From Gemmatimonadales bacterium (GTDB lineage: Bacteria; Gemmatimonadota; Gemmatimonadetes; Gemmatimonadales; GWC2-71-9): a stretch of DNA of 64,000 nucleotides. The stretch lies in assembly GCA_036265815.1 (NCBI GenBank), contig DATAOI010000102.1, positions 45,194-109,193 of the forward strand, given 5' to 3'. Made by a program: the position numbers and the translations under genes. Shown piece by piece: positions 23,197 to 31,595 of the stretch. Position 1 is the stretch's first letter. Each line of letters begins with the position of its first letter. The notes under the pieces are model-generated. The model saw only the letters and a list, made by a program, of their open reading frames with translations. It was not told the origin of the DNA and did no database searches.

Positions 23197-23910
23197 TTAC
23201 GGCGTGGCCGGGGGCTCCGCGCGGAACGTGACCACCAGGGCGTCTCGGTAGGCGGGCTGCCCGGCGATGCTCACCTTCAGCGGGGTGACCCCATGCCAGA
23301 CCCGCCGGTCATCGAGGAGCACCGCGTCGAGCGGCTCCCGCAGCTCGAACGTGCCGAGCGGCCGTTGCTGCTCGTCGCCGATCGCGGTGACACCGCCGGC
23401 GACGTTGCGGCGCGCCACCAGCGTCACCAGCACCCAGTCGACGCCGTCGCGATGCATTCCCTCGGGCGTCGGCTTCCCTTCGTGCGCCCCGTCGGGCTCG
23501 ATCCGGAACTGGTGCATCTCGACGTGCCAGCGGTCGGGCACCGGGCCCTGGGTCGAGGCGGCGAACGCGCTGCGGCAGATCGCCAGGATCCGCTGGGTGA
23601 TCGGATGCGCAGCAATCAGGTCGGTGACCGGCTCGAACCACCGCTCGATGCCGCCGTTCAACGAATTGTAGGCCCGCTCCTGATAGTGGGGCTGGTGCGG
23701 CTTGCGGACGATGGTCGAGGCCGTGACCGAGAAGCAGCCGAACCGCCGCCGGCGATAGCGACCGCCATCCGCCATGAAATGATCGACGTCCAGCTCGTTC
23801 CAGCTCCTGGCGAACCCAGCCCAATCGGCCAGCGCTTCCGGACCAATGAGCCCCCGCAGCTCGGCGGCCGGCACGATGCGAAATCCCGGCTCCGGCACGC
23901 GAAGCTGCAT
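23197..23910 (-). CDS. 2OG-Fe(II) dioxygenase of the free-amino-acid hydroxylase type (2OG-Fe_Oxy_2-like)
   Basis: Track ORF 23197..24051. ATG 23910 gives MQLRVPEPGFRIV. The facial triad is visible: GMHRDGVD (HxD) and a distal RRVWHGVTP. Also YRRRRFGCF and YNSLNGGIER. Confidence 0.65.
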   Translation of the reverse strand: MQLRVPEPGFRIVPAAELRGLIGPEALADWAGFARSWNELDVDHFMADGGRYRRRRFGCFSVTASTIVRKPHQPHYQERAYNSLNGGIERWFEPVTDLIAAHPITQRILAICRSAFAASTQGPVPDRWHVEMHQFRIEPDGAHEGKPTPEGMHRDGVDWVLVTLVARRNVAGGVTAIGDEQQRPLGTFELREPLDAVLLDDRRVWHGVTPLKVSIAGQPAYRDALVVTFRAEPPATP

Positions 23911-23933
23911 CGGTGCCAACAGTCGCGCGCCCA

Positions 23934-25280
23934 TCAGCCGGCGGCTCGCAGGATCGCCGCAACCGACTGTTCGACGTCGGCGTCGGTGGTAGCCCACGAC
24001 GACACGCTGATGCGCATCGCTTCCCGCCCCTGCCATCGGGTGCCGCCACACCAGCAGACGCCGTCGCTCTGCAGCCGGGCGATGACCCGCCGGGTCTCGG
24101 CTTCGTCGCCGAAGGCCACCAGCACCTGATTCAGCTCCACCTCGTTCAGCACCTCCTGACCGGCCTCACGCAGCAGCTGGGCGATTCGGGCGGCGTGCCG
24201 GCAGCACCGCTCCACCAGGTCGGCCACGCCCTGGCGGCCGAGCTGCTGATACGCGGCCCACACGTCGACGCCGCGGGCCCGCCGGGAGCCGTCTGGGGAG
24301 TAGTGCATCGGATCGCGAATGCCCGAGGGCGGAAGATAGGCCGCGCTCATCGCCATGGCCGCGCGGAGCGACGACTGGTCTCGCACCAGCGCGATGCCGC
24401 AGTCGTAGGGAACGTTGAGCCACTTGTGACCGTCGGTGGCCCAGGAATCGGCATGGTCGAGGCCGTCGACCAGGCGATCGAGCGACGGCACCGCCCGGGC
24501 CCAGAGCCCAAACGCACCGTCGACGTGCACCCAGGCGCCCGCCTCATGGGCCCAGGCGCAGATCTCCCGTGCCGGATCGAACGCCCCGGTGTTGACGTTG
24601 CCCGCCTGGATGCAGACGATCGCGGGACTATCGAGCGGGGGGAAGGCCCCGGGCCGGATCCGGCCCTGGCCGTCGACCGGGAGCCGGACGACGCGATTCC
24701 GGCCGAGGCCCAGGAGGCCGAGCACCCGAACAACCGTGGAGTGCACCTCACCGCCGACCACCGCCGTGATCGGAGGCGCGCCGAACAGGCCATCGTTGTC
24801 GGCGTCCCATCCGGCCCGGCGCAAGATGGCGTGCCGTGCGGCGGCGAGAGCCGTGAAGTTCGCCATGGTGGCGCCGGTGACGAGGGCGCCCCCGCACTCG
24901 GGCGGGAGGCGGAGCAGCTCCACCGTCCATTGCAGCGCGATCTCTTCGATGACCGCGGTGGCGGGCGACATGCTGTGGAGGGCGCAGTTCTGGTCCCACG
25001 CCGTGGCGAGCCAGTTGGAGGCGATCGTGACCGGCAACGAGCTGCCGTTCACGAAGCCGAAGTATCGGCCACCGGCCGTGGCGATCGTGGCCGGCGAGGC
25101 CACCTCGTCGAGCAGCGCCAGCACCTGCCGGGGATCGGTGCCGGTGGCCGGGAGTGGGTGTCGCAGGCGGTCGAGCCCGGCGAGCGCGGCCGGGCTCGGC
25201 GCGACCGGGCGGGTCTCGAGCGATTCGCGGTAGCGGATGCCGCGCTGTGCGGCGTCCAGCAGGAGGTCCCGGAGCGGCAC
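23934..25280 (-). CDS. PLP-dependent group II decarboxylase-like enzyme (AAT fold type I)
   Basis: Track ORF 23934..25658. GC3 falls to about 58% between 25281 and 25334, so GTG 25280 (PLRDLLLDAAQRGIRYRESL) is preferred over ATG 25334. Motifs GGALVTGATMANFTALAAAR, HVDGAFG and PLP-lysine WATDGHKWLNVPYDCG. Confidence 0.75.
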   Translation of the reverse strand: MPLRDLLLDAAQRGIRYRESLETRPVAPSPAALAGLDRLRHPLPATGTDPRQVLALLDEVASPATIATAGGRYFGFVNGSSLPVTIASNWLATAWDQNCALHSMSPATAVIEEIALQWTVELLRLPPECGGALVTGATMANFTALAAARHAILRRAGWDADNDGLFGAPPITAVVGGEVHSTVVRVLGLLGLGRNRVVRLPVDGQGRIRPGAFPPLDSPAIVCIQAGNVNTGAFDPAREICAWAHEAGAWVHVDGAFGLWARAVPSLDRLVDGLDHADSWATDGHKWLNVPYDCGIALVRDQSSLRAAMAMSAAYLPPSGIRDPMHYSPDGSRRARGVDVWAAYQQLGRQGVADLVERCCRHAARIAQLLREAGQEVLNEVELNQVLVAFGDEAETRRVIARLQSDGVCWCGGTRWQGREAMRISVSSWATTDADVEQSVAAILRAAG

Positions 25281-25307
25281 CGGATGGGGAAGCGCTTTCC
25301 TAACCGC

Positions 25308-25351
25308 CGCAGTAGCGCTATCGTTGGCTCTCATGAAACAGAGTAGCAGTA
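25308..25351. promoter_or_regulatory. Candidate MocR operator: direct repeat C-NN-AGTAGC-NN-TA at 31-bp spacing
   Basis: cgcAGTAGCgcta at 25308-25320 and cagAGTAGCagta at 25339-25351, in the lower-GC 70-bp gap between the divergent decarboxylase and MocR genes. Confidence 0.3.
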
Positions 25352-26730
25352 TGTCCCGGTTGGTGCAACTGCTCCGGCGCGACATCGCCCGGCTGGAGCC
25401 GGGCAAGCGGCTGCCCTCGGTCCGGACGCTGATGGCCCGGCACCAGGTCAGCCCGGTCACCGTGCGCCACGCGGTCGCCACGCTGGTCAACGAGGGACTC
25501 ATCGACGCGCGGCCTGGCCATGGGACCTTCATCGCCGAGCGTTCTGTGGCACCGGCGGCCGTGGACTTCGGGTGGCAGGCGCTGGCCCTCGGTCCGGCCC
25601 GCGTCGCAGTCGACGCCATCGAAGCGATCCTGACTCCGCCGAGTGCGGGATCGGTCAACCTGGCCGGCGGCTATCCCTCGGAGGATCTGCAGGCGCTGTC
25701 GCTCGTGGCCACCGCGATGGCCCGCGCCGCCCGCCGGCCCGGCGTCTGGGGCCGGATGCCGCTCGAAGGCATCGAGCCGCTCCGGGCCTGGTTCGCCCAA
25801 CAGATTGGCGACCCGATCACCCCGCGCGAGGTCCTGATCTGTCCCGGGTCACAGGCCGCGATCACGACCGCCTTCGGCGCGCTCGCCAATCCCGGAGCGC
25901 CCGTGCTGGTCGAATCACCGACCTACCTGGGCGCCATGGTGTCGGCCCGGGCCGCGGGGCTCGAGCTCGTGCCCGTCCCGACCGATCGCGACGGGGTCAT
26001 CCCCGACCTCCTCGCACGAGCCTTCGCCCGTACGGGCGCCCGGCTCTTCTATGCCCAGCCCACGTTCGCGAATCCCACCGGCGCGTCGCTCTCGGTGGAG
26101 CGGCGTCGGCAGGTGCTGGACGTGGTTGCGTCGGCCGGCGCGCTCCTGATCGAGGACGACTGGTGCCGCGATTTGAGCCTGGAGCCCAACCCACCTCGGC
26201 CGCTGATCAGGAACGATCCCCACGGGCACTGCGTCTATCTTCGATCGCTCACCAAATCGGCAGCACCCGGGCTCCGGATCGGTGCCATCTGCGCCCGCGG
26301 CGCCGCGCTCACCCGGCTCGGCGCAAGCCGCGCCATCAGTGATTTCTTCGTGCCCGGTCCCATTCAGGAAGCCGCCCTCGAGGTGGTGACTTCCCCGGCG
26401 TGGCCCCGTCACCTGCGGGCGCTTCGGGCGGCGTTGGCCGAGCGCCGGGATCGAATGGCCGCCGGGGTCCGCCAGCATTTCGGGGAGGCCAGCCTGGCGC
26501 TGGTGCCGGCCGGAGGAATCCACATGTGGGTTCGGCTGCCGGATAAAGTGGACGACGTGGAGCTCGCCCGCCGAGCCGCCGCTGCCAGAATCCTGGTGAG
26601 CCCGGGCCGACACTGGTTCCCGGCGGAGGCGACGGGATCGTTCCTTCGGATGAGCTACGCGAGCGCCTCGCCCGAGGCGCTGGGGAGAGCGGTGGCGACG
26701 GTGGGCCAACTGGCGGCGCGGATGGCCTGA
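25351..26730 (+). CDS. MocR/PdxR/GabR-type regulator (GntR winged HTH fused to an aminotransferase-fold domain)
   Basis: ATG 25351 (MSRLVQLLRRDIARLEPGKRLPSVRTLMARHQVSPVTVRHAVATLVNEGLI), where GC3 rises. The earlier ATGs have low GC3. The AAT domain has LRSLTKSAAPGLRIG (PLP lysine). Confidence 0.85.
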   Translation: MSRLVQLLRRDIARLEPGKRLPSVRTLMARHQVSPVTVRHAVATLVNEGLIDARPGHGTFIAERSVAPAAVDFGWQALALGPARVAVDAIEAILTPPSAGSVNLAGGYPSEDLQALSLVATAMARAARRPGVWGRMPLEGIEPLRAWFAQQIGDPITPREVLICPGSQAAITTAFGALANPGAPVLVESPTYLGAMVSARAAGLELVPVPTDRDGVIPDLLARAFARTGARLFYAQPTFANPTGASLSVERRRQVLDVVASAGALLIEDDWCRDLSLEPNPPRPLIRNDPHGHCVYLRSLTKSAAPGLRIGAICARGAALTRLGASRAISDFFVPGPIQEAALEVVTSPAWPRHLRALRAALAERRDRMAAGVRQHFGEASLALVPAGGIHMWVRLPDKVDDVELARRAAAARILVSPGRHWFPAEATGSFLRMSYASASPEALGRAVATVGQLAARMA

Positions 26731-26805
26731 GGCGCGAACGGTCGCGAGCGTCGGTCAGCGCTGGGGCCGGACAATCGCCAAGCGACTGCGCATTACTCTT
26801 CTCCC

Positions 26806-27627
26806 ATGGCGAATTTCATCTGCTCCACCTGCGGTACCCAGTACCCCGACTCGCCGCTTCCGCCCGAGCAGTGCGTCATCTGCACCGAGGAGCGGCAGTA
26901 CGTCGGCTGGAAGGGCCAGCTCTGGACTACCCTCGACGAGCTCCGACGGGATCACCGAAACAAGGTCGAAGTCGAAGGCCCGGGACTGGTAGGGATCGGC
27001 ACCGAGCCGGCCTTCGCCATCGGCCAACGGGCGCTCCACCTGCGGACAGCGGAAGGCGGGGTGCTGTGGGACTGCATCAGCCTGGTGGACGACGCCAGCG
27101 TCGCCGCGATTCAGACGCTCGGCGGGGTCCGCGCCATCGCCATCTCCCACCCGCACTACTACTCCTCGATGATCGAGTGGAGTCGCGCGCTGGGCGACAT
27201 CCCCATCTACTTGCACGCTGCGGATGCGCCGTGGGTGGTCCGGCCGGAGCGGCCCGTCGTCTTCTGGGATGGTCCGGCGCGGGAGCTCGCGCCCGGGGTC
27301 ACCTTGATCCACTGCGGCGGTCATTTCGCCGGCGGCACGGTCCTCCATTGGGCCCAGGGCGCGGACGGTGAGGGTGCGCTGCTCACCGGCGACATCATCA
27401 TGGTGGCCCAGGACCGCCGCACTGTGAGCTTCATGTACAGCTACCCGAATTACATCCCGCTGAACGCGGCGGCGGTGCGCCGCATCGGGGACGCGGTCGA
27501 GCCGTTCGAGTTCGAGCAGATCTATGGCGCCTGGTTCGGGCGCAACATCCTGAGCGCGGGGAAGCAGGCCGTCCGCTACTCGGTGCGCCGCTACCTTCAC
27601 GCCATTTCCCCGCGTGACATCCAATAG
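26806..27627 (+). CDS. MBL-fold metallo-hydrolase with an N-terminal 4-Cys zinc ribbon
   Basis: 273 aa. MANFICSTCGTQYPDSPLPPEQCVICTEE (CxxC...CxxC), ISHPHYYSSM (HxHxxx motif region) and HCGGHF. Confidence 0.8.
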   Translation: MANFICSTCGTQYPDSPLPPEQCVICTEERQYVGWKGQLWTTLDELRRDHRNKVEVEGPGLVGIGTEPAFAIGQRALHLRTAEGGVLWDCISLVDDASVAAIQTLGGVRAIAISHPHYYSSMIEWSRALGDIPIYLHAADAPWVVRPERPVVFWDGPARELAPGVTLIHCGGHFAGGTVLHWAQGADGEGALLTGDIIMVAQDRRTVSFMYSYPNYIPLNAAAVRRIGDAVEPFEFEQIYGAWFGRNILSAGKQAVRYSVRRYLHAISPRDIQ

Positions 27628-30271
27628 AGGCGGCGGCTCCGCGCTGGCGGTCGATCTGCGGCGGGCCCGTGCCGCACGGCGCCGGGCGGAGCGTGCATTG
27701 ACGCCTCCCGCCGCCCCCGCGCCACGGCCACGGGCTTGTCCCGTCGAATGCGGCGGGCGAGAGCCGCTCGAGTGCGTCCGCGAGTGGTTCGACCTGCACG
27801 ACTGGACGCCGTTCCCCTTTCAGGAGACTGTCTGGCAAGCCTACCTCAATGGTGAGAGCGGCCTGGTGCACGCTGCGACCGGCACCGGCAAGACCTACGC
27901 GGCATGGCTCGGGTCCGTGATGGAGTGGCTGCGGGACTACCCCGCGCCTGGCCGGCGGAAGCCGGCCGCTCCGCCCCTCCGAGTGCTCTGGATCACGCCG
28001 CTCCGGGCACTCGCGGTCGATACTGAGGCCGCGCTCCGCGCACCGGTCGAAGACCTCGGTCTTCCCTGGACGGTCGAGACCCGCACCGGCGACACCCCCG
28101 CGAGAATTCGCACACGCCAGCAGCAGCGGCTGCCGACAGCGCTCATCACCACGCCCGAGAGCCTGTCGCTCCTGCTTACCCGGGAGGACGCGGCCCAGCT
28201 CTTCGACCACCTGGAGCTCGTGGTGGTCGACGAGTGGCACGAGCTGATGGCCTCCAAGCGCGGAGTTCAGACCGAGCTCGACCTCGCCCGGCTGCGGCAG
28301 TTTCGACCGGAACTCCGCACTCTGGGGCTCTCCGCCACGCTGGGTAACCTGGAGGTCGCGCGCGACACGCTCCTGGGCGTCGACGCCGAGGGCGCGCCGA
28401 GGCAGGGACGGATCATCCCCGGGCTCGTGCCCAAGGCGCTGCTGGTCGATGCGCTGATCCCCGAGGCGATGGAGCGGTTCCCCTGGTCGGGTCAGATTGG
28501 CCTTCGCCTGCTGCCCGACGTGGTGCGCGCGATCGAGGAGGGGGAAACCTCGCTGGTGTTCACCAACACTCGCGCCACTGCGGAGCTCTGGTATCAGGCG
28601 CTGCTGGCCGAGCGTCCCGACTGGGCCGGCGTCATGGCGCTGCACCACGGCTCGCTGGACCGCGACACCCGCGAGTGGGTGGAGGATGGCCTCCGGGACG
28701 GCCGGCTCCGTTGCGTCGTGTGTACCTCCACGCTGGACCTCGGCGTGGATTTCACTCCCGTCGACCGGGTGCTGCAGGTCGGGAGCCCCAAGGCGGTCGG
28801 CCGGCTGATTCAACGGGCCGGACGGAGCGGCCATCAGCCAGGCTCGGTCAGCCGGCTCACCTGCGTCCCGACCAACGCCCTCGAGCTGGTCGACGTGGCG
28901 GCGGCTCGGGACGCGCTCGACGCCGGCTCGATCGAGGCACGCCGGCCGGTGGAACGCCCGCTCGACTTGCTTGCCCAGCACGCGGTGACGGTGGCGTTGG
29001 GCGGCGGCTTCCTGCCGGATGAGCTGTACCACGAAGTGCGCACCACCCGCTCCTATCGTGACCTGACCCGGCCGGAGTGGGCCTGGGTGCTCGACTTCAT
29101 CTCCCGCGGCGGCCAGGCGCTCGGCGCCTATCCGGAGTACAGCAAGGTGGTCGAGCGCGAGGGCCGCCTGGTGGTCGAGAGCCGCGCGGTAGCCTTGCGG
29201 CACCGGCTGTCCATCGGGACCATCGTGAGCGAGAGCGCGATGAAGGTCCAGTACCTACGAGGCCGAGCGCTGGGCACCGTAGAGGAGTCGTTCATCGCCC
29301 GACTCCGCCCGGGGGATCGGTTCACCTTTGCCGGCCGCGTGCTTGAGTTCGTGCGGGTGCGCGGGATGGTGGCGTACGTCCGGAAGACCAGCCGGTCGAG
29401 CTCCGGCGTCCCCCATTGGTCCGGCGCCCGCATGCCGATCTCGCCCGAGCTGGCCGCCGCGGTTCGCGACAAGCTGGACCAGGCCCGGAGGGGGATCTAC
29501 CGCGGCGCCGAGATGGAAGCAGTGCGCCCCATCCTCGAGCTGCAGGCCAGCTGGTCGCGCCTGCCTGCGCCCGACGAGCTGCTGGTCGAGCGGGTACGCA
29601 CCCGCGAGGGTCACCATCTTTTCTTCTATCCAGTCGAGGGCCGGCTGGTGCACGAAGGGCTTGCCGCGCTCTTCGCCTACCGGATCGCTCAGCTCGGCCC
29701 CATCTCCTTCACTCTCGCGGCCAACGACTACGGGCTCGAGCTGCTGTCGGCCGAGCGGGCGCCGCTCGATGAGGCCCTGGAGGCCGGCCTCCTCTCCAGC
29801 TCACACCTGCTGCATGACATTCCGGCGAGCCTCAACGCCGCGGAGCTCGCGCGGCGGCAATTCCGCGAGATCGCCCGAATCGCGGGCCTCATTTTCCAAG
29901 GGTACCCCGGAGTCAGCAAGAGTGTGAAGCAGGTGCAGGCGTCGAGCGAGCTGCTCTATGACGTGTTCGCGCGATACGACCCAGAAAACCTGCTGCTCTT
30001 CCAGGCGCATCGCGAGGTCCTCGAGCGCCAGCTGGAGCAGAGCCGGCTGGCCCGGGCGCTGGATCGGATCGGGAGCGGTCGAGTCACCGTGGTCGACGTG
30101 GAGCGCCCCACGCCACTCGCGTTCCCGCTGCTGGTGGACCGAGCGCGGGAGCAGGTGAGCTCGGAGAAGCTGCCCGACCGAATCCGCCGGATGATGGCTC
30201 CGCTGGAGCGCGCGGCCGAGAGAGTCCACTTCGCGCGGGGCAGCCGCCGCGGATTCCGGAGCGGAGCATGA
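27614..30271 (+). CDS. Ligase-associated DNA damage response DEXH-box helicase (Lhr-core-like)
   Basis: 885 aa. Motif I AATGTGKT, motif II VVVDEWHEL, motif VI QRAGRSGH, then a long C-terminal winged-helix region. GTG 27614 overlaps the MBL gene by 14 nt. The exact start is uncertain. Confidence 0.85.
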   Translation: MTSNRGGGSALAVDLRRARAARRRAERALTPPAAPAPRPRACPVECGGREPLECVREWFDLHDWTPFPFQETVWQAYLNGESGLVHAATGTGKTYAAWLGSVMEWLRDYPAPGRRKPAAPPLRVLWITPLRALAVDTEAALRAPVEDLGLPWTVETRTGDTPARIRTRQQQRLPTALITTPESLSLLLTREDAAQLFDHLELVVVDEWHELMASKRGVQTELDLARLRQFRPELRTLGLSATLGNLEVARDTLLGVDAEGAPRQGRIIPGLVPKALLVDALIPEAMERFPWSGQIGLRLLPDVVRAIEEGETSLVFTNTRATAELWYQALLAERPDWAGVMALHHGSLDRDTREWVEDGLRDGRLRCVVCTSTLDLGVDFTPVDRVLQVGSPKAVGRLIQRAGRSGHQPGSVSRLTCVPTNALELVDVAAARDALDAGSIEARRPVERPLDLLAQHAVTVALGGGFLPDELYHEVRTTRSYRDLTRPEWAWVLDFISRGGQALGAYPEYSKVVEREGRLVVESRAVALRHRLSIGTIVSESAMKVQYLRGRALGTVEESFIARLRPGDRFTFAGRVLEFVRVRGMVAYVRKTSRSSSGVPHWSGARMPISPELAAAVRDKLDQARRGIYRGAEMEAVRPILELQASWSRLPAPDELLVERVRTREGHHLFFYPVEGRLVHEGLAALFAYRIAQLGPISFTLAANDYGLELLSAERAPLDEALEAGLLSSSHLLHDIPASLNAAELARRQFREIARIAGLIFQGYPGVSKSVKQVQASSELLYDVFARYDPENLLLFQAHREVLERQLEQSRLARALDRIGSGRVTVVDVERPTPLAFPLLVDRAREQVSSEKLPDRIRRMMAPLERAAERVHFARGSRRGFRSGA

Positions 30272-30921
30272 GCGAAGTCTGTCTCCGGCTCGCGGGCGAA
30301 GAGGTCGCGCTGTTGCCGGAGCGGGCGCTCTTCTGGCCTCGCACCCGAACCCTGGTCGCCGCGGATCTACATTGGGGCAAGGCCGCGACCTTTCGCGCGG
30401 CCGGCATCCCGGTGCCGGAAGGCTCCACCCACGACGATCTCACCCGTCTCGACTCGGCACTGGTCCGCACCGGGGCCGAGCGGCTGATCGTGCTGGGCGA
30501 CCTGTTTCACGCCCGGGCAGGCCGGATCGCGACCCGCACGCTCGCCGAGCTCCGGGAGTGGCGGCGGGGATGCGAGGTCGAGATGCTGCTGATCCGGGGC
30601 AACCACGACCGCCACGCCGGCGATCCGCCCGACGACCTCCGGATCAACTGCCTCAACGCGCCGGCGTTCGTGCCGCCGTTTGTGCTTCGGCACCAGCCGG
30701 CGACCTCGAACGAAGGGTACACGCTCGCCGGACACCTGCATCCGGGCCTGGCGCTGGCCGGGCCCGCGCTGCAGGTGGAGCGGCTTCCCTGCTTTCTGTT
30801 GGGCCCTGAAGTCGCGATTCTCCCGGCATTCGGGAGCTTCACCGGCCTCTCCCTGCTGTCGCCGGCACCAGGGGACCGGGCGTTCGTCATCGCGGGAGAC
30901 GAGGTACTGGCGCTCGGGTGA
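30268..30921 (+). CDS. pdeM: Ligase-associated DNA damage response endonuclease PdeM (metallophosphoesterase)
   Basis: 217 aa. Motifs LVAADLHWGK, VLGDLFH, IRGNHDRH and GHLHPG. ATGA overlap with the helicase. Confidence 0.8.
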   Translation: MSEVCLRLAGEEVALLPERALFWPRTRTLVAADLHWGKAATFRAAGIPVPEGSTHDDLTRLDSALVRTGAERLIVLGDLFHARAGRIATRTLAELREWRRGCEVEMLLIRGNHDRHAGDPPDDLRINCLNAPAFVPPFVLRHQPATSNEGYTLAGHLHPGLALAGPALQVERLPCFLLGPEVAILPAFGSFTGLSLLSPAPGDRAFVIAGDEVLALG

Positions 30922-31043
30922 TCCTGCCGGTCGGATGCTCTTGCGGAGCCGCGGCGGCGCGGTATCCCTATCTGGTACGAAGCTGGCCGCGAACATAGCT
31001 TCGGCAGATCCGTCGCATGGGTTGCCGGGGGGAGGATAGGCAG

Positions 31044-31595
31044 ATGGTCGACATGTCAGTGCGCACCGAGCGCCTGGAGCTCTCGCCCCTGGGCCTCGAG
31101 GCGATCGAAGCGCTTCTGCAGGGTGATGCCGCGCGCCTGCGCGAGCTGACCGGCGCCACTTTCCCCCGTCCCGTCGCCCCCCCACCGTACATGGCCGAGG
31201 CGCTTCCGGTGGTCCGGGACCGGTTGCGGGCCCAACCGGACGAGGCCCCGTGGTGGAACTGGGTCATCGCCGAGCGCGCCACCAGGCGGGCGATCGGCTC
31301 GGTGGCCTTCGGAGGCAGGCCGGAGGCGAATGGGTCGGTGCTGATCGGCTACGCGATGTACCCGGCCTTCGAGGGTCTCGGCTACGCCACCGAGGCCGTC
31401 CGGGCGATGATCGGCTGGGCGTTCCACCATCCGGAGGTCAAGCTGGTGCGCGCGCTGGCGCCGGTGTGGAATACGCCTGCCCTCCGGGTGGCAGAGAACG
31501 TCGGGATGCGGCCGGTGGCCGCCGACGAGGACGACGATATCGGCGAGGTGCTGGTCTACGCCGTCAGCGCTCCAGCATCCGTCGGATCGGCCTGA
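31044..31595 (+). CDS. GNAT family N-acetyltransferase
   Basis: ATG 31044 is preceded by GGAGGAT at 31031-31037. Reads TERLELSPL and IGYAMYPAFEGLGYATEAVRAMIGWAF (acetyl-CoA-binding region). Confidence 0.75.
   Translation: MVDMSVRTERLELSPLGLEAIEALLQGDAARLRELTGATFPRPVAPPPYMAEALPVVRDRLRAQPDEAPWWNWVIAERATRRAIGSVAFGGRPEANGSVLIGYAMYPAFEGLGYATEAVRAMIGWAFHHPEVKLVRALAPVWNTPALRVAENVGMRPVAADEDDDIGEVLVYAVSAPASVGSA

Noticed and set aside
23191-27627. Mobile genetic element or genomic island carrying the metabolic insert
   Set aside because: I could find no integrase, transposase, tRNA target, inverted terminal repeats or flanking direct repeats by eye. Composition looks similar to the flanks. It is reported only as a synteny break.
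27431-29203. 590-aa minus-strand ORF. Comparable ORFs occur at 20318..21388, 21505..22620, 23913..25346, 31822..33180, 39387..40856, 41291..42793, 56146..57240 and 61145..62257.
   Set aside because: These are shadows of the helicase, exonuclease, ligase, decarboxylase, POT transporter, kinase, GT, PQQ dehydrogenase and pdhA genes respectively. The sense-strand products carry complete catalytic motifs.
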